64,000 bases of DNA from Squalus acanthias (lineage: Eukaryota), in the NCBI GenBank assembly GCA_030390025.1, contig CM059433.1:27034001-27098000 (forward strand), in the 5' to 3' direction. The notes beneath the pieces were generated by a model, which was not told the DNA's origin, did not search any database, and worked only from the letters and a program-made list of their open reading frames with translations. The position numbers and the translations under genes are program-made. Below, piece by piece: positions 26,176-39,580 of the stretch (its first letter is position 1; each line of letters begins with the position of its first letter).

Positions 26176-26912
26176 TGTTACCTAAATAAATAATTTTGCT
26201 TAGGTCCAATCTGCTGTCTCCAAAAAGCACGAAGAACTAAATGGCCAGAAGAACAATCACTACAGCATGAACTATCCACCCAGAGCTGCATCAATCAGCA
26301 GCCCAGATAGACACTTTGCATCCATCATTTACTGATGAGACAGCATCTGCTGAAGCAAAGATTACTGATGGTGAAGGTTTAGCACAGGTGTGGCCACTGA
26401 GGTACAGGTCAGAGTGCTGATTGGCCCTTATGAGTCACCTCAGGATACAGACCTTAATCAGCCTGTTTTCTGACAGAGGATGTTAGAACATATGCACAGT
26501 GTTCATCAGGAACGTCGCTCAACACCCACAGCAGCAGTTATCTGCATTGTAGTCTGACATCGAACATCATGCAATGCCATTGGAACACTAGTGCAGTACT
26601 AAACTACACTAACCCAGGTCATTAACACAGGAATGACTGCATCTTTCAGAAATGTTTATACAGCTACTTTGGCTGCTTTGAGGTCCCAAATCTAAGAACT
26701 GTAGGTTGATTTTGACTCAGTTGAAGAATGCTTAAACAGGGAAGGATTCAAGGATTTCAGAGAACACTATACTATGCTGCAACAGATTACTGGACCTCAC
26801 TAGCAGTGGCATACATGGAAAAGCACAGAAACAGTTTAAGGACAGTGAGGTCAATGTCAGTTCTGGGCCACTGTTCTGCACAGGTGGCTAAAGCTATGCT
26901 TTGGAAAGCATT

Positions 26913-27748
26913 GGGCGTGATCTTGACAGCCCTGGGGAGGCGAGTATGGAGGCGGGACTGCTGGGAAAATGGCAGAATCTGGGGCCGGGTGCCCAACCTG
27001 CCCCCAACCCGCCTCCGTGCGATCTTGCCAGGAGGCAGGTAGCCGACCCACGCCGGGTCACGTCTCCTTGGAGGCGGGAAGGGGATTGGTGCCACTTATC
27101 TGCCTGTTAACAGATAGTTAACAGGCAGATAAGAGGATTATCCCCATTTTACCCACACAAGTGTGGGCTTCCCGAAGACTCCGAACCCTGCCAGGGTCAC
27201 CGAGGCGAGCAGTGGGTCTGCGGGGTGCAAAAGTGCGCTGTGAAGGTAAGTGATGGGTGCAAGTGTGGAGAGGTGAGTATGTGAGTTAAGTGGAAAGTGT
27301 TAGTAAAAGTTTACTTACCTTTGTTTCTTCCTGCAGGCTTCAAGAGTTGGGTATGCTGAGAGTCTCGCACCTCCGCGGCAGAGATGACAGATGGCCGCTG
27401 CATTCTCCAATGCAGCAACCATCTAATTTCTGCTAAATAAAGAGGTTTGATGAGTCTTGAAATCAAGAACTCATCAAGCTACAGAGAATGTCAGTGTTTG
27501 ACAGCTTCACAGAGCTATCAAACGATGACAATTCATCTGTCAAAATTTTTTGACAGGTAAAACGTCATATGTTGACGTTCTCTGTAACCGGCTTTCCCTT
27601 AATTGGTCTGCTAAACCCGCTGGGCGGGCTTAACAAGGTCAATCAAGGGAAAATAGCGTGGGTTGGCCACAAATTGATGGAGGCAGGACTGAAACCCGAC
27701 AAGTGGGAGTCCCGCCTCCAAAAGCTCCCCATTGGCAAAATCCAGCCC
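26913..27748. mobile_element. Harbinger-type MITE, family C (836 bp)
   Basis: Ends gggcgtgatctt / aaaatccagccc; collinear with the interrupted copy 43031-46284 (833 bp once the Penelope insert is removed). Confidence 0.8.
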
Positions 27749-28150
27749 AAGGTGTTCCCAGCACAGGGTGCTCTTACCTACATATACACTAGGTCAGAGG
27801 AGGGTCCATAAAAGCCAGCAATGGCAATAGTGCATTGCTGAAAGCTTAGGCTTCCCCTGGTTAGAATTAAAACAACAGACCAATGCAAATAGCACCAGCA
27901 ACAGCCAATTATCTTTCTTGCCGACAGCAATGTGTCTACAAAATAGCTGCTGTGTTTTCCTATAAAACAAGTGACTACACCTCAAAGTAATTAATTGGCT
28001 GTGAAGCACTTTGGGATGCCCTAAGACATGAAAGACCCTGCATCAATGTTCTTTTTTTCTTCCTTTCGTTCTCTCCTATATATTCTTTAACTATGTTTGC
28101 TCAATGAATGGTGTCAAAATATTTTGACTATTCTCATACTTGAAGATAAT

Positions 28151-29075
28151 GGGGGGAATTTTAACCTAAAAAAACGGGTGGGTTGGGGCGTGTGGGTACT
28201 TCAAGTGTTAAAAATCTGAATCCCAACCTGAACCCGCCTCCAACCCGCCCACTTCCGGTTTTAACTAAGGCGGGACGGGGGCAGTCAGCCAATCTACTGC
28301 CAGGAGGTGGGTTGTCTATTTAAATATTATAATGAGGCTGGAAGCCTCTGCTTTCACCTCCATTTTGTATTTAACTTTAGCTGGTCGGGTTTTGCACGTC
28401 TTGCAAAACCCGCCAGCTAATGCAAGGCGAGGACTGCTGGATCCAGCCTTTACACTTACCTCCTGGATCCAGCGCCCCTACCTAACCCACCACCTGCGAT
28501 CGGAGACCCCCCCATGATGCCTCTGATCCCGCCCACAGGCCTCCCCCCACCCCCCCCCCCCCCCCCGGCACTTCCCCTGCTGCACCGGCCCCCGAGCCTC
28601 ACCCAACTAACCCCCCTCCCCATCCCATCAGACCACCCCTGCTCTTCCAGCCGCCCCGCGATTGTGATTGTCTTGAGACGGACACCCCGCAGCCTGCGAT
28701 CTTCGAGACGCTCCCACACAAACGCCCACCCCCCCCACCGTGCTCCTCCGGGCCCACTATCTTCTTGAGACCTACCCTGTGATCCTCTCAGCCTGCGATC
28801 GCTAATAAACCACCCCCTCTCCGGCCACACCCGCTTGCCCCCACACGATCCCTCCCTCCTCTGTGTGGCCTAGTGCTGCAAGCCTACTTGCCTGGAGCCA
28901 ACCAGCCTGTCAATCTATCTGGCTGAGGGTGGGAAACAGAGGCTTCCCATGAAAATCAGGCCCTGCCGTTAAATTTGGCAGGGCTTGCGGGAAACCCGTT
29001 CTCCCGGGTTTTCCGACCACTTCGGAGCCCCCCCACCCCCACTCCCAACCCGCCTTCCCCATTAAAATTCAGCCC
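28151..29075. mobile_element. Harbinger-type MITE (GC-rich)
   Basis: TIRs ggggggaattttaa / ttaaaattcagccc, flanks AAT/AGT, cccgcc subterminal motifs. Confidence 0.72.
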
Positions 29076-29790
29076 AGTGAGTTTGCCAGATAATCACCTA
29101 ATCAAAAAAGATAAAAATACTAAGAGTTGTACATAAACTGGTAACACATGACAGAGATTTGTCTAGTTTAATGCCCTCCATTAGAATGCATTTAAGAGTA
29201 AATAGTGGCTGAGCAAAATGTTCTTTTTAAATGAAAATTCCCATTAAAACTGTACTTATTAACTGTCTTATATAGCACTAAAATACAGATACTGTACTTG
29301 TGTGACATTTTCTATACTTCACCCATATTGTATTCAGAGGCACAGCACAATTGGCTGCATCCTTGATCTCTATTGGCAGATTTAATACAGCAACTTATGT
29401 TCCAAGTTTTTAATAATTGATACAATTAAAGTTGTCACAATAATAACACAAGCACTGGAATGCATTACAATAAAACTCAAAATAATAATTCTTATAGGCC
29501 GGAATTTTCTGTACCTGGGTGGGTCGGGTGCGGGTGGTCGCCGTGGCGGGACGCGACCCCGTTCTTCATACCATGTCACTCCTGAGATCGACTTTCCATT
29601 AATGGGGCCTATTAAAGCCGCCCTGCGTGTTTCCCGCGCCTATTATATGGTGCGGGTCTGATGATATCATCGATAATGCGTTTTCAGCCGGGATATTTAA
29701 AGGAGCCATGGCCACATTTCATTTGAAGGTGCAACTAGGAGTGTGCAGGCAGCACACTGCACAATTGGACTGCTACAAAGAGTGCCAACC

Positions 29791-31675
29791 ATGACTGCAC
29801 TGAGACAGAGGGCTGCACCCAGGTTCTCCAATGACTTCCTCCATATGCTTGTGGAGAGAGTGAGAGCACGCAGGGAAGTCCTCTTCCCTTCTAATGGGCG
29901 GAAGAGACCTCCCAAAGCGACAAAACGAGCCTGGCTCCAAATTGCAGAGGAGGTCAACAGCAGGGATGTGGTCAGGAGGACCTGGGTGCAGTGCCGCAAA
30001 CGTTTCAATGATCTCATTAGATCAGGAAAGGTGAGTGCAAATCTACACTCAACTTCATCCTGCTGTGTCTCTCATCACATCCTCATCACTTTGCCTTCCC
30101 AACCCTGCTCCTGCACATCCTTACACACACCAACACACCTTGCACCTCCACCCATCCCTCTTTCTCTATCTACATTATCACATCCCCATCTGACTAGCCA
30201 CCCCTCACACTCGCCCTCATCCTAGTGCAATCATACCAACTAACACACAAGGAGGCCACTTGGCATTGCCACCCCACTCCATCATAGTCACCCACTACTG
30301 ATGTAATCCATTCATTCCTTACACTCGTTCCATCACTCTCGCTCAAACTTCTCTTCTTTCCCTTCTTGCAGGAAAAGAGAGCACACAATAAGAGGGAGAG
30401 GGAGAGAACCGGAGGCGGCACTCCATTATTGGCCACCCTAATATCAGCAGAGGAGGCTGCCTTGGAAGTCTCTGGAGTCACCGAACTGCTGGAGGTGGGA
30501 GACGGAGAGAGGGGGACATCTCAGCAACCTGGTGACAGAATTACATATCATACAGCAGTCACTCATATGGGTACTGATGACAGCAGCCAGTGAATGTTCA
30601 TCATGTGCATAATGGTATCTGTACTCATTCTTTCGATGACATATCTAACTCATCTCTTTACTCTCCCACAGGTCCATCAAGAGACCCTCCATTGTCCAGG
30701 AGGAAGAGCAAGATGACTCCTCAGAACAGCCTCCAGCCTCTGAGGGTGCACCGTCACTAGACATAAGCGCACCCAGCACCAGTGCAGATATGCACACCTC
30801 GGTGGGTCCCATGCGAGATAGAGTAGTGTTGTCACCTGGTGTCTTACAACTCACAAGTGAGCAAGAGCAGATGGTGGAGACAGGGACAGCAGTGGCGACT
30901 CCTTGCCGGAGGGCGCAGGACGCTCCCCGCTCTGTTCAGCTGCCTGCATTCAGGGGCCATCCAGAAAAAGGGCGTTCCTGGAGGTGCAGCAAGAAGTGCA
31001 GGAGGCTTTGACAGGTTTTGCGACCGAGATGTCTGCAAATGTCCAGAGAATGGAGGAGTCCATCTCCAACATGAGCACCACCATGTCGCAGGCGATAGCG
31101 ACTGCAGGCTCTTCCATGGATAGGATGGTCACCTGCATGGAGCAGCTAATGTGCCACTCACAGGAGCACTTGGTCTCTATGGAGAATAAATGGCTATTTG
31201 TGGAGAATAGATGGCTATCTATGGAGAATAGATGGCAGAGGCTCATAGACGTCCTCTCTAGGAGGGATGTCAACATAGAAGTGGGTCCTCATGGCCCCAC
31301 TGCTGTGCAGCAAGGTGCTCTCCAGCTCCTTGCTAGCAGCAAGTGTGGGGGCCCATGAGAGGGATGATGGTGAGGACATGCAAGTGGGGTCTCCTCTCAA
31401 AGCGCTCCCACTTCTCCCCCGTTGCCCCCCCCCCACCCCCTCAGTCAGAGCCCCAGATGCTTCCTTGAATCGCGATGGTCGAGTCTGCCCCTGCACAGTC
31501 GCAGGAGGAGCAGACTTTGGCGGGGCCATCACAGGCTCCAAAACCCAGAGGACATCCGCCAAAAGGGTCTGTGCAGTCACAGCAGGGAAGTTAACAGGCT
31601 GCCTCTACCTCTGCTGAAGCCACAGGGGTAGCACCTCATAGAAGCACACGTAAGAGAAAGAGGAAACACAAGTAG
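29791..31675 (+). pseudogene. Harbinger Myb/SANT DNA-binding protein gene; exons 29791-30030, 30372-30531, 30672-31675 (exon 3 frameshifted)
   Basis: MTALRQRAAPRFSNDFLHMLVERV...AWLQIAEEV...RTWVQCRKRFNDL; GT-AG introns in compatible phases; basic C-terminus TRKRKRKHK. Confidence 0.87.
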
Positions 31676-32053
31676 ATTCACTAGGGTAGCCACTTGGGTG
31701 TTTTATTAAATGTTTCTGTAAAGTTTTCGTTACTGTGATGTCACATATAAAAATCTTTATTTTCACCACTTTGCGGTCATAGACAAATCTGTGTGCACCT
31801 TTGGAAGTGGTTTAGTGAGTTGGAGTGAATGGTGAGACATAACGTTACCTCCAGCAATGGTGGTCAGTGTGAAAGGAATGTCTTGGTCATTTTAGGGATG
31901 CTTTATGGTGTTGATGTGGGGTGGTGCCAACCTGGCGCAGCATGTGGCAGCCATATGGGTGTAATGCGTAAAGTTAAATAAATCTGGCCATGATGAGCCC
32001 ATCCCTGGCCTCCTTGGTGCTGGTGGCATCTGGACTGCAGGTTCCTCCTGCTG

Positions 32054-33188
32054 CTACTCCTCCTTGTCTTTCAGCTGATGCTCCTCCTCTGAAGAGGCTG
32101 TGCACTCAGTGCCTTGCTCCTCATGCAGCGCTAATCCTCGCTGCTGCACTATGTTGTGCAGGGTGCAGCAGACCACGATGATTCTGGAGACCCTGGCTGG
32201 TGCGTACTGAAGGGCTCCTCCAGATCTGTCAAGGCATCTGAAGCGCATTTTCAGCATGCCTATTGTCTGCTCTATGACATATCCGGTGGAAATGTGGCTT
32301 TCATTATATCTCTCCTGGGCCTCAGTACTTGGCCTCCTCAAGGGTGTCATGAGCCACGTCTTCAGTGGATAGCAATTGTCGCCAAGCAGCCAGCCGGAAA
32401 GTCTATTTGGAGGAACGAAGAGCTGAGGGAGGGTGGACTGGCACAGGATGAAAGAGTCATGACAGCAGCCAGGGAATTTTGCACACACATACATGATGAT
32501 CTTCCTATGGTTGCAGATGAGCTGCACATTGAGGGATTGGAAGCCCTTGCAGTTGACAAAGACTCCTGGGTGATGATGGGGTACCCTGATGGCCACATGT
32601 GTGCAGTCAATGACGCCCTGTACCCGTGGGAAACCAGCCAGAGTAGCAAAGCCGAGCGAATGCTCAGTAACACTGGCTTCATCAGTGGCAAAGTTGATAT
32701 AATTGGCTGGCTTGTCAAAGAAGGCATCGGTGACCTGTGTGATGTATCTGTGGGCGGCCGACTGCGAGATGCTGTAAATGTCTGCTGCAGATCCCTGGAA
32801 AGAGCCTGAGGCGAAGAAGTTGAGGGCACTGGTGACTTTGACAGCCACTGGTAAGGCATGTCCACCCGCTCCTCTGGACTGCAAGTCTTCCTCCAGCAAT
32901 GTGCAAACGTCTGCGATGACCTGGCGCGATAACCTCAGCCTCCTTTGGCACTGCTGCTCAGTAATGTTGAGGAAGCTCATCCTATGCCTGTATACCCTGT
33001 GTTGGAGGTATCGCCTCCGGTGGTGCAGCCCTGCGCTGATGCCCTCTGTTCTGTGCAGCATCAGGTGGTTGAGGAGAAGGTTGGTGGTGTTGTTGTTGGT
33101 ACTGCTGGTGTGCCTGGTGCTGCTGGTGTTGGGGCTCATCGTGGTCCGATTCTGAGGCCCAAGGTGAGACAGTATAAATGGCACCCAT
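32054..33188 (-). pseudogene. Harbinger transposase (HARBI1-like); DDE core open but N-terminus frameshifted near 33020
   Basis: [27 protein letters not shown] in one frame; the probable start MGAIYTVSP...poly-Q is in another frame (2 nt shorter than the copy at about 4870). Confidence 0.87.
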
Positions 33189-33871
33189 GCTGATGGAATA
33201 GATGGCAGGTCAAGTAGAGATGACAGAAGCAATCTGTCAATGGTGTGATAGGTTCTACCAATGAGGTGACAATGTTGCTGGAAACACTTGCAACCTCTAG
33301 AAAGCTAAATCTGTGCTGACAATGCAGTCAGCAACAGCATCTGCCTTATGAAAGTGATCAGCTGTGAGGTTGACGTTTTTATTGTACTTTTCATGCTGTG
33401 CACTAATGAGCTGGATCAATGGTCACTCAACTTCTGCATCAGGCTCACAGACGTGGTTCCTGAGCTGCGTGATTCCTGTGCTCATCCAGTGAAATTTGAA
33501 AGGTAGGGTGAAAAAGGCGCTTAAGGGTCTGACAAGTACCTCATAATGATTTAAATTAGCTCACCCGCCTCTGCCTTTTGGGTCGCTGCCACGCCGGCAA
33601 ATGCGCCCGAAGAAAAGGCGCATAGGGGCGGGATGACGGCGGGTTCCCAACCCGCTGCAAGATATTTCAAATTTCCTACCCAACCCGCCTCCAATTGCGC
33701 CCGCATGGACCCCAGAAAATCCCGGCCGTAGAGTTTACTTTCCACCTTGATTCTTTTGTTCACAATTCATGCCTGAGTTATAGAATGTGCTCTGTAATTT
33801 TACTTATATTTGTGTAATTAGAATATTGTAATTATTAATTGATTTGTAATCAAGAGAATAATGCTATTTAC

Positions 33872-33907
33872 CTGATTTCCCTTGACACCTGCATTTCCTT
33901 TGTCACC
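33872..33907 (-). CDS. COL21A1: Collagen XXI alpha-1-like coding exon (36 bp)
   Basis: cag|GGT GAC AAA...AAT CAG|gt; encodes GDKGNAGVKGNQ, similar to the GDKGNQGEKGIQ segment recalled for mammalian COL21A1. Confidence 0.85.
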
Positions 33908-35175
33908 CTGCAAGAAAATACATTGAACTTTTGTGAAAACTTTATATTTCTCACATGATATATGCAAACTAAAAATTATGAACCATTTCAGCATTCAGTT
34001 TCATCTGTATCTTGCAGAATGTAACTATAGTTTACCAGAATCAAAAAATTAGTACTGATTGAAAGAATACCTTGTATAAAAAAAATTATCATTGCTGAAT
34101 ACTCAACATTTTTGATCTGAAATGTTCTAAAAATAATCCTAAACAATATATTTTTGTAACAACAGGTTGTTTTAAAATAAGTTGTACTACTCTCAGATAA
34201 TAATGAAGCCGCAAAATTAAATTTCAGTTCTGAATGGATTTTTTTTAGTAATATCTATCTTCCTTTATTTCAGGACTTTCTTTTTCATTTAGAAAAAAGT
34301 TTGTTTTGTTAAGTCAAATGACATTTACAGAAGAATATTGGCACATTGGGGATGGTGCTACAGATGGGCACCTAGGAACATAGGAACAGCAGTAGGCCAT
34401 TCAGCCCCGCGAGCCTGTTCTGCCTTTCAATTGGATCATGGCTGATCTGTATCTTAACTCCATCTACCCATCTTGGTTCCGCAACCCTTAATACCCTTAC
34501 CTAACAAAAATCTATCAATCTCAGTTTTGAAATTTGTAATTGACTAGCCTCAACCTGCTGGGAATGACTAGCAAGCAGCTATATCAAGTTCATTGCAGAT
34601 GAAGACACCATATAGTTCTGAAAACTGATTTTCTATAAAAGTAAAAATCATCTATTTATAAATATATCTATATAAATACCAAACTATTATAAAATGGAAC
34701 CCCCAAAGTATAGATAGCAAGGATAATATACTACTTGAATATCTCTAATTAAGGACTGATCTGATTTCTGTAATAATTGAATATCCCTGTTTGATTATTA
34801 CAGAAATTTGCGCAGAGGCACAAATCCGTTTGACACATTTGGCACTGCGCAGTACCTTGGGACTCCTGTTTTATGTAACCTAATTGGTATAAAATAATTT
34901 CAATGCAGCAACTTTATTCGAGAAATTCTCCGATTAGTACTCTTGGCTGTGACCAACATGTTGAAGCGATGGTAGGTTTCAGTTTCTTTCCCACACCAGA
35001 AAATTGTCTGAATAATTAAGAATACAGATATATTCTTAACAAAGTGGAGCTCACTTAATTTTTAAATGAAACTTATGACCTTTCAAGACAATTTAAATCA
35101 TTGCCAATTTCTTTCCATCAGTAGCTATATGTTTTTAGTAAACATGTATTTAGTGTCTAGTACATATCCCCTTAG

Positions 35176-35284
35176 ATCTCCCATACAGTTTCAATTAGAG
35201 TAATACAATGTGCCCCAGCCATTGCCTATTTTTGGCAATGGCTGGGGCACATAATTTTACTCTAATTGAAACTGTATGGGAGAT
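35176..35284. repeat. Isolated 109-bp inverted repeat (51-bp arms, 7-nt loop)
   Basis: atctcccatacagtttcaattagagtaa...ccattgcc / ggcaatgg...ttactctaattgaaactgtatgggagat, with 3 mismatches in one 4-nt patch. Confidence 0.92.
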
Positions 35285-35574
35285 TTTTCTAGGTCTGCAC
35301 CCAGATACAGTGAATATCAGAACATTTAAATTAATGAAGTAAAATCAGGTCAGTTCCTTTACAGGTGTGTGTTTTACTATGCAAAAGGCACTATATAAAT
35401 ACAAGTTGTTGTTCCAACCTGGCCGATTTTCTAATATTTGCTGCACCCAGATGATCCAGTGCAGCTGAGCAGAGATCCATGAAAGTGACCCTTGTGAATC
35501 TAGAATGATCGTTTTTTAAGCTCTTTTCAACATTAGCATATAATTTGCATGTCATAATTGACATTTCTTTCTTA

Positions 35575-36003
35575 CAGTCAGCTAGGCTCACTGGTAACAC
35601 TCTGAATCAGAAGGTCGTAAGTTCAAACCCCACTGCAGGCATAGAGCCCATCTAGGCTGACACTTCAATGCAGTACTGAAGAAGTTGAAGGTGCCTTCTT
35701 TCAGCTGAGATGTAAAACTGAGTCTTTGTCTGCCTGTTCAGACCCCAGGACACTTTTTCAAAGAAGAGCAGAGGGTTCCCTCATTGCCCTGGCCAAAATT
35801 CTTCCCTCAGCCAAAACCACCAAAATAGATCAACTGGTCTATTTATCTCATTGCTGTTTGTAGGACTTTACTATGCACAAATTAACTGCCGCATTTGTCT
35901 ACAAAAGGACAGTGACTAGATTTCAAAAGTAATTAATTGGCTGTGAAGTGCTTTGGCATGTCCTCAGGATGTGAAAGGTGTTATATAATGCAAAATCTTT
36001 CTT
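35575..36003 (+). mobile_element. Diverged Deu-domain SINE
   Basis: A/B-box-like head, core and tail collinear with 25718-26175. Confidence 0.72.
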
Positions 36004-36687
36004 TTTATAGCATTGAGGGCCAAAAATAAAGATAGAGATACACAACAGAACACAACAGTTGGTGTGCTGTTGAGACCATGACCCCGATTTTAATAGGGAG
36101 GCGGGAACAGTGCGCGCCAGCCACAAAGCAGGCGACACGCTCGGAGAGTCCGGGGATGTGGAGACCCGGCCGATATTAACAGTAGGGCCTCACTTATATA
36201 AATGTTCCCGGAGTCCCACCCGAACTCGGCCAGATCCATTGGAGGGCACCACCAGTAAAACTTTTTCACAAAAGGTCCATTCCAATTAAGAGAAGCTTAG
36301 AACTAAATTACAATTTTCTCCTACAAGGTGGGAAGTGAAAGTGATCGTGTCAGAAAATGTCAATTATCCACTTATAAAGTAGACAGTCACAAGAGACAGG
36401 AGGTCTACAGCCGGCATTCATTGATACTATAAATGATTGCTTCTTAACATGTTGGGAGAGCATAAGAGGAGACAATCTAATTTTTTATTTAGTAATGAGC
36501 CACAGCTAACAATAGGTGATCTGTCAGTAGGGGAACACCTTGTTAATTCAGACCCGCTCTAATATAAAAGATAACATATAGGGCGGTAGCAAGTTTAAAG
36601 ATAATGGTATACTAGTAGCACATTTTAGAAAGGCTCTATTTACAGAATTAAGTGGGAGAGGGAGCTACAGGGAAAATAAGTCTTTTA

Positions 36688-37450
36688 TGGCCCGGAATTT
36701 GCGGTCAGCAGCGAAGCGAAGGTGTTCGCTGCTAGCCCCGTAGTACGCTCCACACAAGGTTCTTGCAATCCCTGTGTCAAGAACTTTGGGTTTTCTGGCC
36801 TACAATTCAATTCAATGGAACTTAATGGGCATCCGCTTGTTCGAACTGCTGTGACGTCAACAAGCTGTCTAAGCAATCAATCAAAAGGCAGAAATTCATA
36901 GACAGCGAACAAGGAAGTGAGTAAGCCCTTAAAATTCTAACTTTTAAAAATAGTTAGAGAGAGCAAAACAAAGATTGGGGCTCTCACATGGGGAAAAGGC
37001 AAACCTGAAATAAAGATGGACAAAAAATTTTTTTTAAATCAAAAAAAAGTTTTGAAAAGTTCCTTAAATTTTTAAAAAATTAACATTGACCAATTTCACA
37101 CCGCACAAAATTAAAAATAGTTTTCCATGCCTTTAACACTTGTTTAGCAGTCAATAAGCTGTTCAAACCCGTTACACCTAATCCCTTTGAGTTTAATTTT
37201 TAGTGGGGAATTTAACAGCGTACTTACTGCGGAAGAGCAGAAGTTTTTCTCAGTTTCAAGGATTTACGAGATTTCACTGATTGGGGGGTGGGGCACAGTG
37301 AAGCCAGTTTCGGAGCTGTTATTGGCAGACCGCAACTTTGAGATTTCTGCATGCGCTTGCGCCAAATCCCGAAGTTGTGGTCAGTTTCAAAGGTGGAATG
37401 ATAGCAAACGCTGCCAGTTCATCGTCAGCCCGACTACAAATTCTGGGCCA
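36688..37450. mobile_element. Harbinger-type MITE, family B copy 2
   Basis: TIRs tggcccggaatttg / caaattctgggcca with TSD TTA (36685-36687, 37451-37453). Confidence 0.85.
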
Positions 37451-37811
37451 TTATATCCATCCTTATGAGAAGGAGCCACACCAACACTTGAGAAGAGGGT
37501 CTCCAGGAGTTATAAGTAGAGTAATAGTAATTCAGATAGAGAGAGGTACAAGAGGCAGCTAGCATTATCAAAAGGTAAATACTATATTAGAAAACATAAA
37601 ATGAATCTAGAAGAGGATAGTAGAAAATAGCACTTTTTGTTTATGTTAGGAGTCAATTGTCAGTTAGGGAATAATTCGGACATTACAGGATGAGTTGTGA
37701 AGGATTTTAAATAACGATTAAGGAAAACTGGGTGGAATGGGGGTTAAAATGAAAGTGCTACACTTGTTTCCACCCTGGATTTCACAAGCGTTAAAAATTG
37801 TCATCCAGTAC

Positions 37812-38190
37812 ATAACATAGGAATTAGGAGCAGGAATAGGCCTTACGGCCCCTCATGGCTGATCTTCGACCTCAACTCCACTTTCCTGCCCTATCCCCAT
37901 ATCCCTTAATTCCTCTGGAGTCCAAAAATCTATCTAACTCAGCCTTGAATATACTCAACGACTGAGCATCCACAACACTTTGGGGCAGAGAATTCCAAAG
38001 ATTCACAACCCTCTGAGTGAAGAAATTCCTCCTCATCTTAGTCTTCAAAGGCCGGCCCCTTATCCTGAGACTATGACCCCTAGTTCTAGACTTTCCAGCC
38101 AGGGGAAACAATCTCTCAGCATCTACCCTGTCAGTCCCCCTCAGAATCTTATATGTTTCAATGAGATCACCTCTCATTCTTCGAAACTCC
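37812..38190 (-). mobile_element. CR1 LINE 3' fragment
   Basis: EFRRMRGDLIETYKIL...KGYGDRAGKWS and a 3' UTR on the minus strand. Confidence 0.87.
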
Positions 38191-39580
38191 TGAGACCGGA
38201 AGGAGCAGACCTGGAGGGAGCACAGCGAGAGCAAGCAGTTAAAAGGAGCAGTCACGAGTGGCAGGACCCTGAGACCAAAAGGAGCGGACTTGGAGGGAGC
38301 ACAGCGAGAGCGGAGCAGAGAAAAGGAGCAGTCCCGAGCGGCAGGAGCCTGAGACTGGAAGGAGCGAACCTGGTGGGAGCGCAGCGAGAGCGGAGCAATC
38401 CCGAGCAGTAGCAACTCAACAGAGGCAGTTTTTGAAAAAGTGACGTCAGAGTAAAAAAAGTGACATGGGCACAAGGGAAGGAGCTGATTGGTGAGTAGCT
38501 GGTGAGTGTATTTTTTTTTTTAAGTTTATAAGTTTATTTCTGCTATTTTAGTTAATAGCCTATTAAATAGAGGGAAAGAGCTGATTGGTGAGTAGCTGGG
38601 GAGTGTTTTTTGTTAAGTTTTAAGTTTATTTCTGCTGGGTTAGTTCTTAGTCTATTAAATAGAGGCATGGCAAGGCAGCTCAGTCCCGTGGAGTGCACAT
38701 CCTGTGCCATGTGGGAAGTCCTGGACGCTTCACGTAGCCTGGACGACCACATGTGCAGGAAGTGTCACCAGCTACAGCAACTCGAGCTCTGGGTTTCGGA
38801 GCTTGAGTGGCGGCTGGAGTCATTGAGGTGCATCCACGAGGCTGAGAGTTACGTGGATAGCACGTTTCTAGAGGTGATTACCCCGCAGCTTAAGAGTATG
38901 CAGGCAGAGAGGGAATGGGTGACCGCCAGACAGAAGAGACCACCAGACAGGTAGTGCAGGAGCCCCGGAGTGCATCGCGCTCTCCAACCAGTATTCTGTT
39001 CTGAGTACTGGTGAGGGCGATGGTTCCTCTGGGGAGTGCAGCCAGAGTCAAGTCCACGGCACCACGGGTGGCTCAGCTGTACAGGGGGGAGGAAAAAGAG
39101 TGGAAGAGCAATAGTGGTAGGGGATTCAATAGTTAGGGGAGCAGACAGGCGTTTCTGCGGTCATAGACATGACTCCAGGATGGTATGTTGCCTCCCTGGT
39201 GCCAGGGTCAAGGATGTTACTGAGCGGCTGCAGGACACTCTGAGGGGGGAGGGTGAACGACATAGGCAGAAAGAGGGATGAGGTCCTGCAGTTTAGGGAG
39301 CTAGGAGAGAGATGAAAAAGCAGGACATCAAAGGTAGTAATCTCCGGATTACTCCCGGTGCCACGTGCTAGTGAGTACAGGAATAGGAGGATAGAACAGA
39401 TGAATGCGTGGCTGGAGAGATGGTGCAGGAGGGAGGGCTTTAGATTCCTGAGGAATTGGGACCGTTTCTGGGGAAGGTGGGACCTGTACAAGCTGGATGG
39501 GCTACACCTCAACAGAGCCGGGACCAATATTCTTGCGGGGAGGTTTGTTAGTGTTGTTGGGGAGGGTTTAAACTAGCTTG
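38189..39580 (+). mobile_element. CR1 LINE 5' UTR (tandem repeats of about 79 bp) and decayed ORF1
   Basis: CxxC...CxxC zinc finger with leucine zipper (VECTSCAMWE...CRKC), SGNH esterase motifs VVGDSIVR, CCLPGARVKD, DGLHLN. Confidence 0.85.

Larger units (their letters stand above)
29497..33727. mobile_element. Near full-length PIF/Harbinger transposon (4231 bp)
   Basis: 15-bp TIR ggccgg(a/g)attttctg at both ends; convergent Myb/SANT and DDE transposase genes; flanks ATA/GTA. Confidence 0.93.

Noticed and set aside
28514..28830. Pro-rich and Gly-rich ORFs
   Set aside because: They are produced by poly-C tracts inside a MITE and have no splice or domain support.
32054..33232. 392-aa ORF as the domesticated host gene HARBI1
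   Set aside because: It is enclosed by TIRs with a Myb partner, has several decayed relatives in the window and has a frameshifted N-terminus, so it is a transposon copy.
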